The notes: generated by a model from the letters alone, not told the origin. A DNA stretch of 64,000 bases from Selaginella moellendorffii (GCF_000143415.4 NW_003314269.1:3093060-3157059); one strand, 5' to 3'. Counted from the stretch's first letter, positions 40,565 through 54,740 are shown. Translations and numbers: made by a program.

Positions 40565-42264
40565 CTATTCCGATTTGCTTGTGCTCTTTACTACCACCAG
40601 TGGACACGGACTGTGATGCGCGAGGTAGTCACTGACGCTACCGAGAAACGTCCTGTGACGAGATAAAAAAGAAACCATCGATCACTGTCACTTGTGATGA
40701 ATCAAGCTCACACCAAAATCACAGTAAGCGCTGCGAATTCACGAATTCGATCAAAGAAATCACCACGGAGTTTCAAGCAAACTTACGGCACAAAGCTAGA
40801 AACTCGAATCTTAAAAGCATAAGAAAGTGGAAGAAATTCCAAGTAAAACTCAGGAAACTCAAATCTTAAAGCACGAAAGAGGGGAAGAAAAACTTGCCTG
40901 GAAAGAACACTCCGGTCTTGAGTTCCTATTACAACAGCGTCAGCTTTCAATGTGACAAGGCCCTCGCAGACTTTAGCCTCCGTCAGGCCAGTGACAACCA
41001 TTCCCTCGCAAGAAATCTCCTACAAGAAAGGAAAAGAACGATATTTTTTAGTTTGTCAAAACGCGTTGTAGCTTGAAAGTGAGAGGCACCTTTGGCACTT
41101 CCTTCATGAACCTCTCAACGAGAAGTTGGCTGTCGTTGGACGCTTTCACTTCCTCCTCGACGTCGTTTCCAGGAGCTATATAAACGTCCTCTACGCCGAA
41201 TTCCCCTGACAAAGTGATCAGCTCTGGCTTTCGACTTAAATCTATGTTCCATCCAGGAACACAGAGACTAAAACGAGAAATGCCTTACCAGTTCCCAGAG
41301 CCGTGACAGGAACAGTGACGGGATTGTGAACGTGATATAGCACAACTTTGTCTGATGGCCTGCAGAAGTTTTCAAGGGCCCACGAAAACGCTTGCACAGC
41401 CTGCAAAAGTTTTTAATTTTCTGCACAGCACGAAACTTGCTCTTGGCTTACCTCTTTGGAATCGTCGACGGCAATCACGATTTTTCTAGGCAGTCCCGCC
41501 GATGACAAAGGATCATGCTCTTTTAAAGCTTCTGGCGGCTGTCGAACAATCACGACAGTACAGCTCGCGTTGTGAAGAACAAAGTCGCTAATGCTTCCCA
41601 ACAATGTCCTGCAAAAGAAAAACGCAGGTTACGGCCTACTTTTGTAGATCAAGCTTTAGAAACCTTTTGATAAGTCCGTAGGCATGGCTGCCAACAAGAA
41701 CCATGTCGGCTCTAACCCGATTTGCTTCATCAACAATCCAGCTCCCGGGTTCTCCCTTCACCACCTCACCTTCGCAAGAAATCTAGAAAAAAAAAACGGT
41801 TGGAAACGAAAATCACGAAAAAAAACCCACATTGGCATTCGCGCATTGCTTAAGATACTTAGAAATCAGCGCCTTAGAACTCTCCGTGACTTGCTTCTGG
41901 GCAGCCTCGGACTCAGCTGGAGAGAGAGTCATTGGAACAGTGTACTCTGCAAAGCAAAGAAAAAGAACAACACATTACGTAAGTAGCGAGAAAACCAGAA
42001 GAGATCAATGCAAGTGAAGATCTAAGCAAAAGTGGATCTAGCATTCCCTTTCAAGCACTCTCTAAGCACATTCCCTCAAATACACACAGCATTACCTCCA
42101 ACCATGTCCGCGGTCGCAACATCGGCCCCAACAAAAGGCGCAACAGTGATCGCCACAACATGATCGTCGGGACGGAACAAATTTTGGAGCCCCCAGGTGA
42201 AAGCATACGCCGACACCTCGGAATCGTCCACCGCAGCTACGATCTTCCTCTTGCCGCTCGCCAT
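40565..42264 (-). CDS. Universal stress protein with two tandem USP domains
   Basis: RKIVAAVDDSEVSAYAFTW...LGSISDFVLHNASCTVVIVR, then RKIVIAVDDSKE...FLGSVSDYLAHHSPCPLVVVK. Confidence 0.92.
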
Positions 42265-42462
42265 CGCTCGAAGAACCCTAAAATTTCCACCTCCAGCGTG
42301 GATCTCATAGCGTAGAGTGACATGTGTCACGGTTGCGAGGCGAGCATGTGTCGTTGAAAGCATATACCTCGAGCAGGACGGGAATATACCTGCCATTACG
42401 AACGGTAAAAGGGCGGTATTTTTCCAGTGTTCTTCGCTAGGGTTTGGGCGTGATTTCTTGCC

Positions 42463-45403
42463 ATGAGCAGCGGCGGCGATCTCAATCAGGTCGTTGCGAG
42501 GGCGCAGCTGGTGCGCGAGAGCTTGATCAAGAGCCAGGGTATCACCGATCAAATGCTGCGCATCCTGGGATCGTTCGATCAGCGGCTCTCGGCGCTACAA
42601 ACGACAATGCGCCCCACTCAGGTTTGGATTGTGGTGTGAAGATTTTGCTGGATTTCTGCACGGATCGGTCGATTGTGTTGCTGGATGATGCATTGCTTGC
42701 ATTCTAGATTGGGGAAGAGAAAATTTTAAGGTAGATCTTTTTCTTTCTTTACAACAGGAGCGTCTCCAAGCAAGCCGTAGAAAGCGTCGGGACACTATAG
42801 ATTTTCTGTCCGACGATGATTTGGATGACCTTGACGAAGATACAAAGCCGGTATCTTTGGTCACGGGAAGCCATTTTTCAAAACTTGACTGCTCAAACAG
42901 GCAAGACGGAAGAGTAGTCTTGGCCTTTTTTCGGATGATGAGCTCGAGGATGGTGATGAAGAGGAGGAAGAGGAAGATCTGAGTGCTGAGAATTTCTTGG
43001 TACTTCTTCTTGGAGTTCTTCTGCCTGTTTAGTTTTCCTTGTGTGCTTCTTTAGTAAACTGTCCATTTTTACAGGTTCGAACGCATGCTATCAGGAACGT
43101 TCACGATAACATCGATCAAACCATCAATGCAGCAGAAACAATACTCACTCAATTCGATGTTTCTCGTCAGGTAAGAATTCACGTCGAGGTCGGAGGTATT
43201 ATACTTACGTCTTTCTCCATGCAGGTTGAGCCGAAAATCGTCGAGGGTCCACTAGATGACATATCCACATACCTGGGTGCTGTTGACCAGCTCAAGACCA
43301 ACGTCGATTTCTTCAATTTCCATCGGAGTTTCCAGACAAGCGACGCGGCTTTCAAGCATGCAAGGAATCTCCTTCTGAAAGCCATGACGAAACTGGAAGA
43401 CAAATTTAGAGAGCATCTAACACAACACAGGTAGGTACACAGGTATTTTACTGGATCTTTGTAAGCTGACAAGTAGCCAGTGCAGTAAGCCGGTTGATCC
43501 AGCAGAGTTGCTCAGAACTCTTCCAAGTTCCATGCGGCTGCAAAATGCGTTTGGAGCGTCTGGTGAGACTTTGATGATTGAGAAGGTTGTGCATGCAGGC
43601 TCCGGTGCGGATAGAGCGAAAGTGGAGGAGACTCTTCCATTAACTTTGCCAGTCGTTATTGCCCCAAAGGCCGTTCCTCAGCTGGCGGATATGGCCCAAA
43701 GAATGATCAATGCGAGCCATCACGAGCAGTGCATTGAAGCTTACAGGTTCATATCGCTACCATGCATATAAAGCTTGGACTTAGTGTTTCTATATTATTC
43801 CAGGGAAGTTAGATCTTCTTTCTTGGAGGACAGCCTAAGGAAGCTTGGAGTGGAGAGCATGACCAAGGAGGACGTGCAGAAAATGCAGTGGGAAGTTTTA
43901 GAGTCAAAAATTGGAATCTGGATTCAGTCTATGAAAGTCTCGGTGAGTTCGTTCTTTGCCATGGATTCGATCTTATGGCTCAACTTGGTGTCAGGTCAAA
44001 CTCCTGTTTGCTGCAGAACGTAAGACTTGTGACCAGGTTTTCTATCGTCTTGAACCGCACCGAGAAGAGTGCATAGTTGCGCTTCTGGAACCCAACTTTA
44101 ACCTGCTTGCGAGTTTCGGCGAGGCTGTGGCCAAAAGTAAGAGGTCCCCCGAAAAGCTTTTTGTTCTGCTTGACATGTATGAGACAATGCGAGACCTTTT
44201 ACCCGAGGTAACTTGATCTCATTTTTGCGTGCATTGGGATCACAACTCTACGTTTTGCAGATCGACATTATCTTTTCTGGAGAGGCAACGGCCCCATTAC
44301 GAGAGTCAGCAGCTCTGTTGACGAGCAAGCTATCTCTGGCTGCTCAAGAAACGTTCGATGAATTCCTCGAAGCTGTGGAGAAGGATGCGACGAAGACACC
44401 AGTACAAGATGGCACAGTGCATCCTCTTACTAGCTATGTTATCAACTACGTGAAGTTCCTCTTTGAGTAAGTTCAAGTATTTCCAATCCTTTTTTCATAG
44501 TTTGGATGGTTCCTAGTTACCAGAAGACTATAAGGCAGCTCTACAAGGAAAGCGATGATTTGGACAAGAAAGAGTCTCACATTGGACAGAACACACTTAA
44601 GATCATGGCGGCCTTGCAAACTAATCTCGATGTGAAAGCGAAACATTACAAGGACCCCGCGCTCTTGTCCCTTTTCCTTATGAACAACATCCACTACATT
44701 GTTCGCTCGGTTAAGAAGTAAGCAGCCAGTTTTAAAATTGACAATGGAGTAAGATATTTCCACAGGTCAGAAGCAAAAGATTTGCTGGGAGATGAGTGGA
44801 TTCAAATTCATCGCAGAATTGTCCAGCAACATGCGTCGGCATATCAGCGTACCTCTTGGGTGAAGGTCTGTATCAATTTATAAAACATGCTCTATAACTC
44901 CCTAAAGCAACATCTACAGGCCCTTCAATGCCTCACTGCCCAGGGACTCTCTTCATCGTCTCTGGGCGCTCCAGCCTCTAGTGCGGAAGCTGGCAGTGGA
45001 GTTTCTCGATCAATCTTGAAAGAAAGGCAAGGCAACGTTTTCACAAAACTTATGTTTTTGTTTTTCTTTTTTCCCAGGTTTAAAACTTTCAATCAACTCT
45101 TTGAAGATATGCATCAAAAACAATCACAATGGAGCATCCCAGACGCTGAGCTCCGTGAAGCTGTTCGACTTGCCGTGGCAGAGGTTTTGCTCCCAGCCTA
45201 TCGCAACTTCTTGAAGCGCTATGGGTGAGCAAGTGCTGTTTTAAAAACTGCTAGCTTCGAACGAACAATTTTCAAACAGCCCTGCGCTGGAAGGAGGAAA
45301 AAACCCTCACAAGTACATCAAGTACACACCCGAAGATTTGGAGAAATTGCTGGCAGATTTCTTCGAAGGAAAGGCTCGAAAATCTCAACTCTTTCAAAGC
45401 TAA
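42463..45403 (+). CDS. EXO70A1: Exocyst subunit EXO70A
   Basis: ILGSFDQRLSALQTTMRPTQ/VRTHAIR, SPEKLFVLLDMYE, DGTVHPLTSYVINYVKFL, FLMNNIHYIV, KYIKYTPEDLE. Confidence 0.95.
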
Positions 45404-45534
45404 AGTAAGTGGCATTTTATTTGGAAAAAAAAGCTTTTTGATTCAAAAGACGAACGAGTACAAAGCCTCTCCGTTATCGGTACTCCAAGAAAATTACGTA
45501 GCCTACATCAGCAGTTGGCGGCGACGTTTTGCTT

Positions 45535-46567
45535 CTAGTGCCCGACGCTGTGAACGCGAATGACACCGTCCGTGTAACCAGCAAACAACTTGGATCCATC
45601 CATACTCCAGTTCAGAGTGGTGCAGTAAGTCGGCTGCAGCAGAGACCACAAACACGACAATCGCTAAGAACAAAAACGAAAAAGAACCAAAAATCCAATT
45701 TTGATGACTGGTACGTACCTCTTTCTTGGACACCTGCTCGGGCTTGATCTCCTCGACAATGTTCTTGCTCTCCAGATCCCAGATCTTCACGCACTGCTGG
45801 GTCGCAGCGCAGAGCCAGTACCTGTTGGGGCTGAAGCACAGGCTATGGATGATATCCCCAGCGTCCAGCGAGTAGAGCCGCTTCCCCTCCGCCAAGTCCC
45901 ACAGCATGGCAACACCGTCCTTGCCACCGCTAGCGCACAGAGACCCATCCGGCGAGACCGTGACCGAGTTCACGTAGCCGGAGTGGCCGGCTAAGTTGGT
46001 CCGGAGCTTGCAGTTCGTCAGGTTCCACACCTTCACCATCTTGTCCCAGCCGCCGGAGACGATGATGGGATTCGTAGTCACCGGCGAGAAGCGGACGCAG
46101 CTCACCCATCCGGTATGAGAGTCCTGGTCCTGGATCGTATACTTGCACTCACCGAGCGTGTTCCAGAGCTTGATCGACTTGTCGCGCGAGCCCGAGACGA
46201 TCTGGCGGTTATCCGCGGAGAAAGCCACCGAGAGGACGTCCTTGGTGTGGCCGACAAAGCGCCGAGTGGTGTTGCCGTTGGCCAGGTCCCAGAGGCGGAG
46301 GGTGCCGTCCCAGGAGCCCGAGAGCGCAAACTGGCTATCCGAGGAGATGACCACGTCCTGGACGAAGTGGGCGTGGCCCGTGAGGCGGCGCTGTGGCAAG
46401 CCAAAGTCCTGCTCGGTGAGATCCTTGTGCTGCGTGTTCCACAGAAGGACCGACTTGTCGCGCGACGCCGAGAGGATGATGTCGCTGTTGTCCACGGGCG
46501 TGGCGATGGCGGTCACCCAGTCCGTGTGGCCTTCCATGCGGCCCTTGGAGACGAGAGAGTCCGTCAT
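45535..46567 (-). CDS. RACK1: Receptor for activated C kinase 1 (WD40, 40S ribosomal protein)
   Basis: [42 protein letters not shown]; single 3' intron. Confidence 0.97.
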
Positions 46568-47027
46568 GGCGGAGGGAGGCGAGCGTACCTGGCGGCGCGG
46601 CGGCGAAGTGAAGAAGAGCGAGGCGGCTCTAGAACCCTAAAGCCTCCTTCAGTTTAGGGTTTTAAGATGGACGGCCGCGATTGCCCCAATCTTAGGGCTA
46701 CATTATATTGCGTTTTTATACTCTGAATTTTATTGTGATTTGAGTTCCATTATCAACTTTTTATTACAAGTTCTGTTCACTATAAAACAATTATTTCAGA
46801 TATTTTATACAAAAGAATGAATCCTATCTTATATTATTCCCCTCCACCCCGGTTTTCAGTTTTTATGCCTCAGAGCTCCTCTACAGAAAATTTATCTGCC
46901 AAAACTGAGCTGCTATAAGTTTAAGAAGAACACAAATCTTACTTGAGCCAACATCTTTCTCCAGAAAGTAATCCTCCTCATCTCCCATTAGTATATCACA
47001 CTGCAAGACAACCAAACGAAAGAAACT

Positions 47028-48257
47028 TCAGACGAAACCAAGAGAGATTAATTTTTCGATTAATACTTCGTCGTCGTCATCGTCGTCGAGCTTCCTCTTC
47101 ATCTGCGGAAGCCCAGCGTCCTGGTTCTTTGCGAATCTCCCACGAATCCTTGGGCGACTGTCTGCTAGAGTCTTCCGACATGCATACTATACGTAAACAA
47201 AGACACAAACCATCAACATACAAGTGCAAACCCACAAACTCTAGCTTCAGTTCAAGTTCCAAACCTTGATCTTCTTGATGTAGTTCCTCTCCGATCGCTT
47301 CTGCCTGTACCTATCAATCCTCACCTTTCGCTCCTCGGGGCTGTAGCGGCCAACTTTCATTGCTGGATCGTCCGGAGTTCCAGGACTGGAAGCAGCAGCA
47401 GCAGCAGCGGTAGCTGCAGTGGCCGAGGTCGCAGCTGGAATGGAACTCACTGATCTGGAGATAGGTGACGAGAGAAATCCCAGTGGGAAATGTGGTGACA
47501 CGGGCAAATTCCCAGTGCTCAAGCTCCTGTAGAGTTGATGGTTCCAGGGATGAGGGTGGCGGTGCAAGAATGGTATAGCGGGATGAGGAGGGGGAAGAGC
47601 ATTGTGATGAAAGCTTAATGGAGATGGAAAATTATGGTGAATTACTGAGGAGTGTTCCATCATAATCGGAGGAAATTCCCTCATGAATTCTGTGATCGGA
47701 TCGTTCTCTTCACCTCCTGGTTCGCCTCCTGGTTCATAGCTAGAGGGCATGATTACTATTTGATCATGATCGTGATCACAAGATGGTGCATCATGAGATG
47801 GAGGAGGTGGTAGTGGTGCTGATGGGATTGATATTGTAGTGACACCAGCGAGATCTTCCAGAAGCCCAGATGAAGAAGAACTGCTGCCATGATCTTTAAA
47901 CTCCTGGATGCTAGTGCTAATGCAATCAAGATTATCCGTGGCATTGGTGGTGGTGATGGTGGTAGTGGCGGTTTGGAAGCTAGATCCCTCAAGTGCTAAA
48001 TCTGGTTGGATTGGGGGAGATTGCGATGTATTATCATCATCCTTGACAAGAATATGGAGATAGTGTGACAAGCTAGTCTGATCCTTTATATTCTCACCGC
48101 TAAAATCAAAGATCTCCTGCTCATGACCATCGCTGCTCTCTTCTGCAAGAGATCCCCCTCCTCCTCCTCCTCCTCTAATTTCACTGGTGGTGGGAACTAC
48201 ATTGCTTGCGGACGACTCGAGCAGCTCCTCGGGGCAGCAGCTCAGAGCTTCCCACAT
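47028..48257 (-). CDS. CCT-motif family protein (no B-box)
   Basis: VGRYSPEERKVRIDRYRQKRSERNYIKKIK|YACRKTLADSRPRIRGRFAKN. The 3' end is uncertain (a further exon is possible). Confidence 0.88.
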
Positions 48258-48518
48258 TTTTGCCCAGATACACTTTTTTCTCTGGCCAAAAGAACCTGGA
48301 GAAAAGGAGGCTTGAGGACCAAAGAAATTAGAGGGTTATCATAAGTAAGTCTATAATTAGTGGGCTTAAGTAACTTATTTCTCCTTTTTTGTGATTTACC
48401 CTTAAGTTATACTGTGTTTTAGAATTTTTTTTTTCTTACATGTTGGATCTTCAATTCACAATAGTTTGATTGTCTAACCAGTTAAGTTGGCTACCAAGAT
48501 TTTATAGAAAAGAGAAGT

Positions 48519-51500
48519 TTAGAAGGGAGTCTGGCATAGAGGACAAGTGGATTTGTGAGAGGATGAGAACCACTTGTAAAGACAAGCTCCATGGAACTTG
48601 TGGCGGCACGTCTTGCAGGCGAGCCGAGGAAGGCTATGGTTGGAGGTGTGGATGATGCTGTAGCAAATCGGACACTCCTCCACGCCATCAAACTCGCGAT
48701 CCACATTCTTCTTCCATATCAACACAGCCTCCGAGAGAGATCCATTCTGTTTATGATTCGCAAAGCAGTAAGTAACAAGATAGAAAGCAAAGAAAGAAAG
48801 AAAGGAAACCAAGCTTACCTGGTTTCTCAGGAAAGAAGCCATGGAGAGAATCCACTTGCGCATGCGTGTCTCGCTTATACCCAAGCGCTTGCCGCAATCG
48901 ACTTCCACGGCTTTGAGCGGATAGCAAGACGGCAACTTGATGGTCATGTCCATCGCAGCCTCCTCTTTCTTGTAAATCACAGTCACCTCTCGCAGCGACC
49001 TGTTTGCCTTGAAGATAAAGTTCTCTTCGGCAATGGCAGCAGCTTGCACCTAAAGAAAAAAGAAAGCCAGCTCGAGAAGCTCTAAAAAATAACACAGCGC
49101 ATTGTTTACCTGATTGAATTCCTCCGCTAAAAGTCGAGGACTACAGTAGTCAGCCGTGAAGGCTTCGATCGCAGCAACCGCTCCTTTCTCCCGCAGCCCC
49201 GCGAACCATGTCTGGACGCACGCCGGTAACACCCTCAGGATCAATCCATAGATCGCCCCGGCAATAACTGCGAAGTCGTTCGTGTTGCCACCACCCCATA
49301 AGAGGCCGTCCACTGCAAACGAAACAGACGCTGTGCCTGCTGATCGCTTGACTGCTTCAACCACCGGAGACAGCTGCAAATCTTCCTTTTTAACGTTGCG
49401 CTTCGTAGGGATATGTCGAAAGAGACAGTCGAGCAATGAGCTCGGCGTGTCGGAATCCTTGACATATTGAAGCAAGCGGTCTCTTGCCTCCGATGAAGTT
49501 CCCAGAACTTGGAGGTGCGTGAGAAAGAGTGACCAGGCAAGGAAGTAGTGTCCCTGCAAACGCGAGATTAGAGACATAGAAAACTGGAACGTCAGATAAG
49601 TCATACCAGGGAAGAAGTATCACCCCCGAATAACTTGCTCGCAGGAGTACCAAGTGTCGTTAGGAGCTCTGGCCGTATGAAATCAAAAGACGTATCGACC
49701 TGCAAATCCGAATCGCTCGGGTCATCTTCAGCCGACGTCGAAGATGAAACCACGGGCTTCCAAGAAACCGCTTGGTGCTGAAGTGGCTCGGTTGAGAGAA
49801 ACTTGTAGGCAACCCACTGTAACGAGGGAAGAGGATGCGGAGAAAATAAGAGCGCGTAGAGAGCACTGATGCCACCTGTTCCTAGTCCCCACAAGTCCGC
49901 AGCACGAACGGCCGTTTCACGAACTCTCACTGGAGCAGTGAGTAGTAACTCGGCAACCCGGTCCCAGAGGTACGAGCAGCGCGACCTTTGCAAAGATATA
50001 TCCTGTCTTAAATCGTCATTAGCACTAGCCAGTGCCTCGGCAAGTCCCGTCGCGAGAAAAACTCTGAAAACGTTGTCTACTGCTCTTGTCTCAAAGTTGG
50101 ACCACTGTGCTTCCTCCAAGCTTTCTAAGGATCTCGATCCAGCTGCCTTCTCGAAACTCTTCAAGGATTGAGTGAGTGACAGAATAGTTACTCCCGTGCC
50201 TAGAAGCTTCTCCGGCATATCGTTGTCCTCCTTCACGACTTTACTTTCTCCATCATCGGACATCATCGCTGCAACCGCTTCCGTATACTCTTCACTGTGA
50301 ACGACTGCATCCTCGATCCACTTCCGTAGCTGTCTGAGTATGAAGGTCCAATCCTCTAGGCCGAAGTTCTGCCAGCAGTACGCCACTGCTGGAGCAATTA
50401 GCCTTGCCAGCATAACTTGAACCGACGGATTCGAGGCTTCCTCTGCCGGCAAGTCCACAAAAATACCGGACTGCTTGCGGAATAAAGACAACAGCAAGTT
50501 CCTTTGCTGCTCGGATATATCTGCTTTCCCGGCCGAGAGTAATGCAGTCACACCACCTGTCGAATCTAGAGGAAAACAAGCCACGGCCACTTGCATCCAT
50601 TGCATGTTATCTAAGACATGAAAGTATGTTAAGTTAAATGAAACGATTGAAGTGACGAGCGAACCTGTAAAATTTGGAACTTCCAAGGCGAAGTTCAGCC
50701 AGTCGCAGATTTTCGATTCCATTTCGCTAGGAAAGAGAGTATCGTCGGACTTCCGTTTGATCAAGGACGGCATCATCGCTTCCAAAACATGTGGCAGAAA
50801 ACTTGAAGAGGATCCGGATAAGTACTTTGCAAACAACATCTCGCTTTCTTGTCTTCCGAAAGGCCCGTGATGGCCAATCAGTGCTCTCAAAACACCGAGA
50901 AGAGCACGTAAGTAAGGATCTCCCTCAGCAGCGCTGGGGAACAGTGTATCCAGAACGTTGTCCAGTAAAAGCCTGTGTCGACTTCCACCCTCGCTTCTTG
51001 CACAAGCCTGCAAGAAATTAAAAACAAAAGGTTGGCCATGCAAATCCGATGTGCAGAGGAGCTCCACAATAAGCCATGGCCTAAAACTGATATCCTCGCC
51101 CAAGAAAACTGTTTCTGGACCCAAACTGCGTGTAACCTCGAGAACTGTTGCTGAAATGCTGTGATGTTTCTTCGCCTACAATAGAGAGTTTCACAAGTTA
51201 AACGAAACAAAAGCAGCCTTACTTTTACCTCTAAGAGATGGCTGCGAGCTCCAGTACTCCAAAAGGGCCAATAATCAGCAGAAGCTAATAAACAATCCAA
51301 GGCACCTTGCCTATCCTCGGAGTTGCGACATGTCAAATGTAGCGTGTCCAGCACCCAATATGCGGCAGTGTTGTAAAATTCCTCTGGTTGGTCTTCCAAA
51401 AGCGTCTTTCTTACGCCTGACATCAGCTTCTCATACAGGCTCCGCCTCCCCGAGAATTCAGCGCATGATGTGAGTATGTCCTTCCGAGCTTGAAGCAAAG

Positions 51501-54500
51501 ACTGCGCAAGATTGTCATCGGTATAAGACGTAGTCGTCGTAAGACTTTCTTCATTGTCGTCATCTTCATCATCTGCCTTCAATACCGGTTGCACGTATGT
51601 CCAGTATAGGCAGAAAATAATCCCAAGACCTCCGATAACTAGCTCATTTATTCCGTCCACATATCTTAGAGAAGGCCAGCACGCAAGTAACGTATCGATA
51701 GAAGCCTTGGCTCTTTCTAGCGTCTCCGTAGAACCGTCCCCTTCTTCAATAGACGAAGGGGCAACAGAAACAGCCAATAAAATTGCCGCTTCGTTCTTAG
51801 ACTTATAAACCGCCAGAACCATACTCCTTAGAAATTCTTCCATAACTCTTATGACAGTTCCCTTTGACAAGATCGTTAAATAGCATCCTTCGCAAAGAAC
51901 TCCCTCCAGAGTTGTCCTGCACTTAGTAGGTAGCCTCAGAAAGCGCCAAAAGAAACACAAACGGAAAACCTTATCAGTTCGAATGCCGATGCCTGGAAAT
52001 TGGACATAGCGCCTAAGACGGCTTCGTCAATCTTCGGCGACTTCCATCTCTCCAACTTATAAGCCTCATTCTGTAAGCTGCACCGTGATTGCAGCGTCTT
52101 AATAAGGCTAGCCAAGATACTGATCCGAGAAGAGTCCTGTACGTCTGAAAAGTACGTAAGCACGTAATCCCATTCCCTGAAGAACATCTCATCTTCAAGA
52201 AACGTCAGAAGAACATAAACCTTGAGTTTGTTGAACTCCCCACTCACAGACCAAGGAAGCAGCTCATTTCGAAAAAGGTATTGTAGATGTTTTGACGAAA
52301 AAACATCTTCTACAGCCGAGCTCGTCAACTCTGTGTTGTCTCTGCCTTTCCAGTTCTGAGAAGCGAGTAAATCAAATACATGCAACCCATAGGTCCCTAC
52401 TAAACCCGTAAACAAATTCACAGCCTCGGGCTTTTCCTACAAAATGTAAGGGCTAGTCAGTGAAATTCTCAAACCGAAACAGAAGCATTACCGAGTTTTT
52501 TATAAAACCAAAGCCATCGGCAACAAATGGCTTAACAACCTTGTTGAAAATCTGGCTTCTCTTGTCGAGGTCCGAAAACGAGTCGAAAATAAGAAAAAAG
52601 CGTAGCACACGGTCATTGACTTGGCTGTTGTTCGCAAGAAATAATGCCGAACACTCCTCCCGAAGACAATCCCAGAACGCAGACAGCGAATTATTGTCCA
52701 GTGCACCCACAATGTCGACAATACATTTCCCTATCTCTTCAATAAACTTATCGGATAAAAGCAAAGAGGATGTCCTCTGGACGTTTGTCTGAACGTAAGA
52801 CTTCCACAAGATTCCAAATAAGACGCTTTCAGTGAAAAAAGGTTGCAACGATGAATCCTCTGCACCCAGGAACCTGTAAAATGGTAAGTGAAAAACTACA
52901 AGATTAATAAAAGTTTGTACCTTTTCTCGTGCGACAATAGCCACATAAAACACTCCTTGGTCGAATTAAGTAGGAGCATTCCCTGATCGAATGTCCAAGA
53001 GGCCTCCTCACATCCTTTCCAAAGATTAGTGAAAAAGTCGACAAAATATCCTTTCGGTGGAGATAGTGCAGCAGGAGGAATAAGTGAAAGAAGCGGCAGC
53101 AGACATGGATAAGAAACCTGTTGTGAACCATAGCATCCATGACGGAGAAAAGCCCAAAACCTTTGTTGCACAATTTTCCTGATAGAACTAGATTCCCAGG
53201 TCTGAGGAAACCGTTGTGTGAAAACTAGTATCAAGTCCCACATAGCCTGATGGCAGCCAGCGTCTTTCTCTTGAAATGTCCCAAGAATAAATTTCGCAGC
53301 CACTTCCATGTTGTCGTTTGGGAGAACGTGCGGGACGTGTTGTATGTAGACCTGTATAGCTTGATATACGGCCGAACGCGTACGAGATTTCCCAGATTTT
53401 GCCAAACCTTGAAACATTTTGTGATCTCGGAAAAGCTTAGCTGACGCCGTCACAAGCATTTCATTTGTGGTTGCTCTTTCCTCCCCGGTTTCCGATTCGA
53501 CCGAAGTGAAGAGAATGGTGAGAAGAGCCGATAAAGAAAGGAGGGTGGAAGATATAACCTGAAATAATATAAAGTGAAAAATGTGACGGCGAACACTAAA
53601 AAGATTACCCGTTCATACTTCTCAGCTGACTCTTCTGCTGGAGTTGATTTATCAGAAATCGTTTGCGGGGTCAATTTTAGATTATCGTCGATGTAAACAA
53701 GGATATCTGTCGCACAGAACGTCAGAGCTTCCAATCGTTTCTTTTGACCTGGAAAAGCAGCCTGGACAGTTGATTTGAGAGGAGCAACAACATATGAAAT
53801 ACACAACCTGAAGTGCTTGCTTAGCAGCGTCAGAAACCTCGAAGAACGGATCGAAATGTGACATCCACCAAGCTCCCATTAAGGACCGCAAATGGGGAGC
53901 CAGTGACCGCCTGGGAAAACAGCACTTTAAGCAACTTCTAGACCCAAGAACGAACAGTTAACATACCCAACCGTAGTTGCAAGACTGGTCATAGCCTTGT
54001 GTGTGGCCTCTCGAGTTTGACGACTGTTATCGAAAACTAGCTTCTTGTATTCAAAAACCTGAACTCAAAAAGATAAATCGATGTACTGCCAAAGAGAAAG
54101 GAAAGGATGGTGTGCATACCCACGATGGTAGAACGGGTAAAACTTCCGCGGCTGGACGCTCCTGGAAAAATGCAGTCAAAGCAGCGAGAGCTTTTATCTG
54201 TTTGAAAAAGGAAAAAAAAGCAAGAGGAATATCAGAACTAGACACTACGTAAAGGGCAACGTACCTTTGTTATTGGATCCTTCTTCGACAATCTCCGCAA
54301 ATTCGCAGCCGTTTCTCCATCGATACTCTACCACACCACACAATCCCTCACAATTACACCGAAATAACACCACATTCCATACCGCATACGTCTCCTCACT
54401 CGGCCCAGCGTCAATCCGCGCGCTGCCGACATATCCTCCAAATCCAGCGCTCGCATTGCCCTGCGACAGCGCCGCCGCCAAGCTGCGCACAGGAATTCCA

Positions 54501-54588
54501 TTAAATCCACAGCCGATCGAGCGACGCATTACCTGCTGCTGGACGGCCGCCCCTTGCCGCGAGCGCCATCGCCCTTCGTCCTCCCCAT
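48519..54588 (-). CDS. LTN1: E3 ubiquitin ligase listerin (ribosome quality control)
   Basis: N-terminal GRPSSSSLAAAL..GFGGYVG, HEAT-like body, and C-terminal [49 protein letters not shown]. Confidence 0.95.
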
Positions 54589-54740
54589 AACCCCTTAAAC
54601 CCTAAAATAGGAGGAGAATTTTAAACAGAGCTTCCCTATATGTACAAGGGTGATAATTTATTACCTTTCCCCTTAGGCACATTTACAAAACGAATCCATT
54701 ACAAAGAATCTCCTCACTACTATCTTTTTGGCGATCCTTG

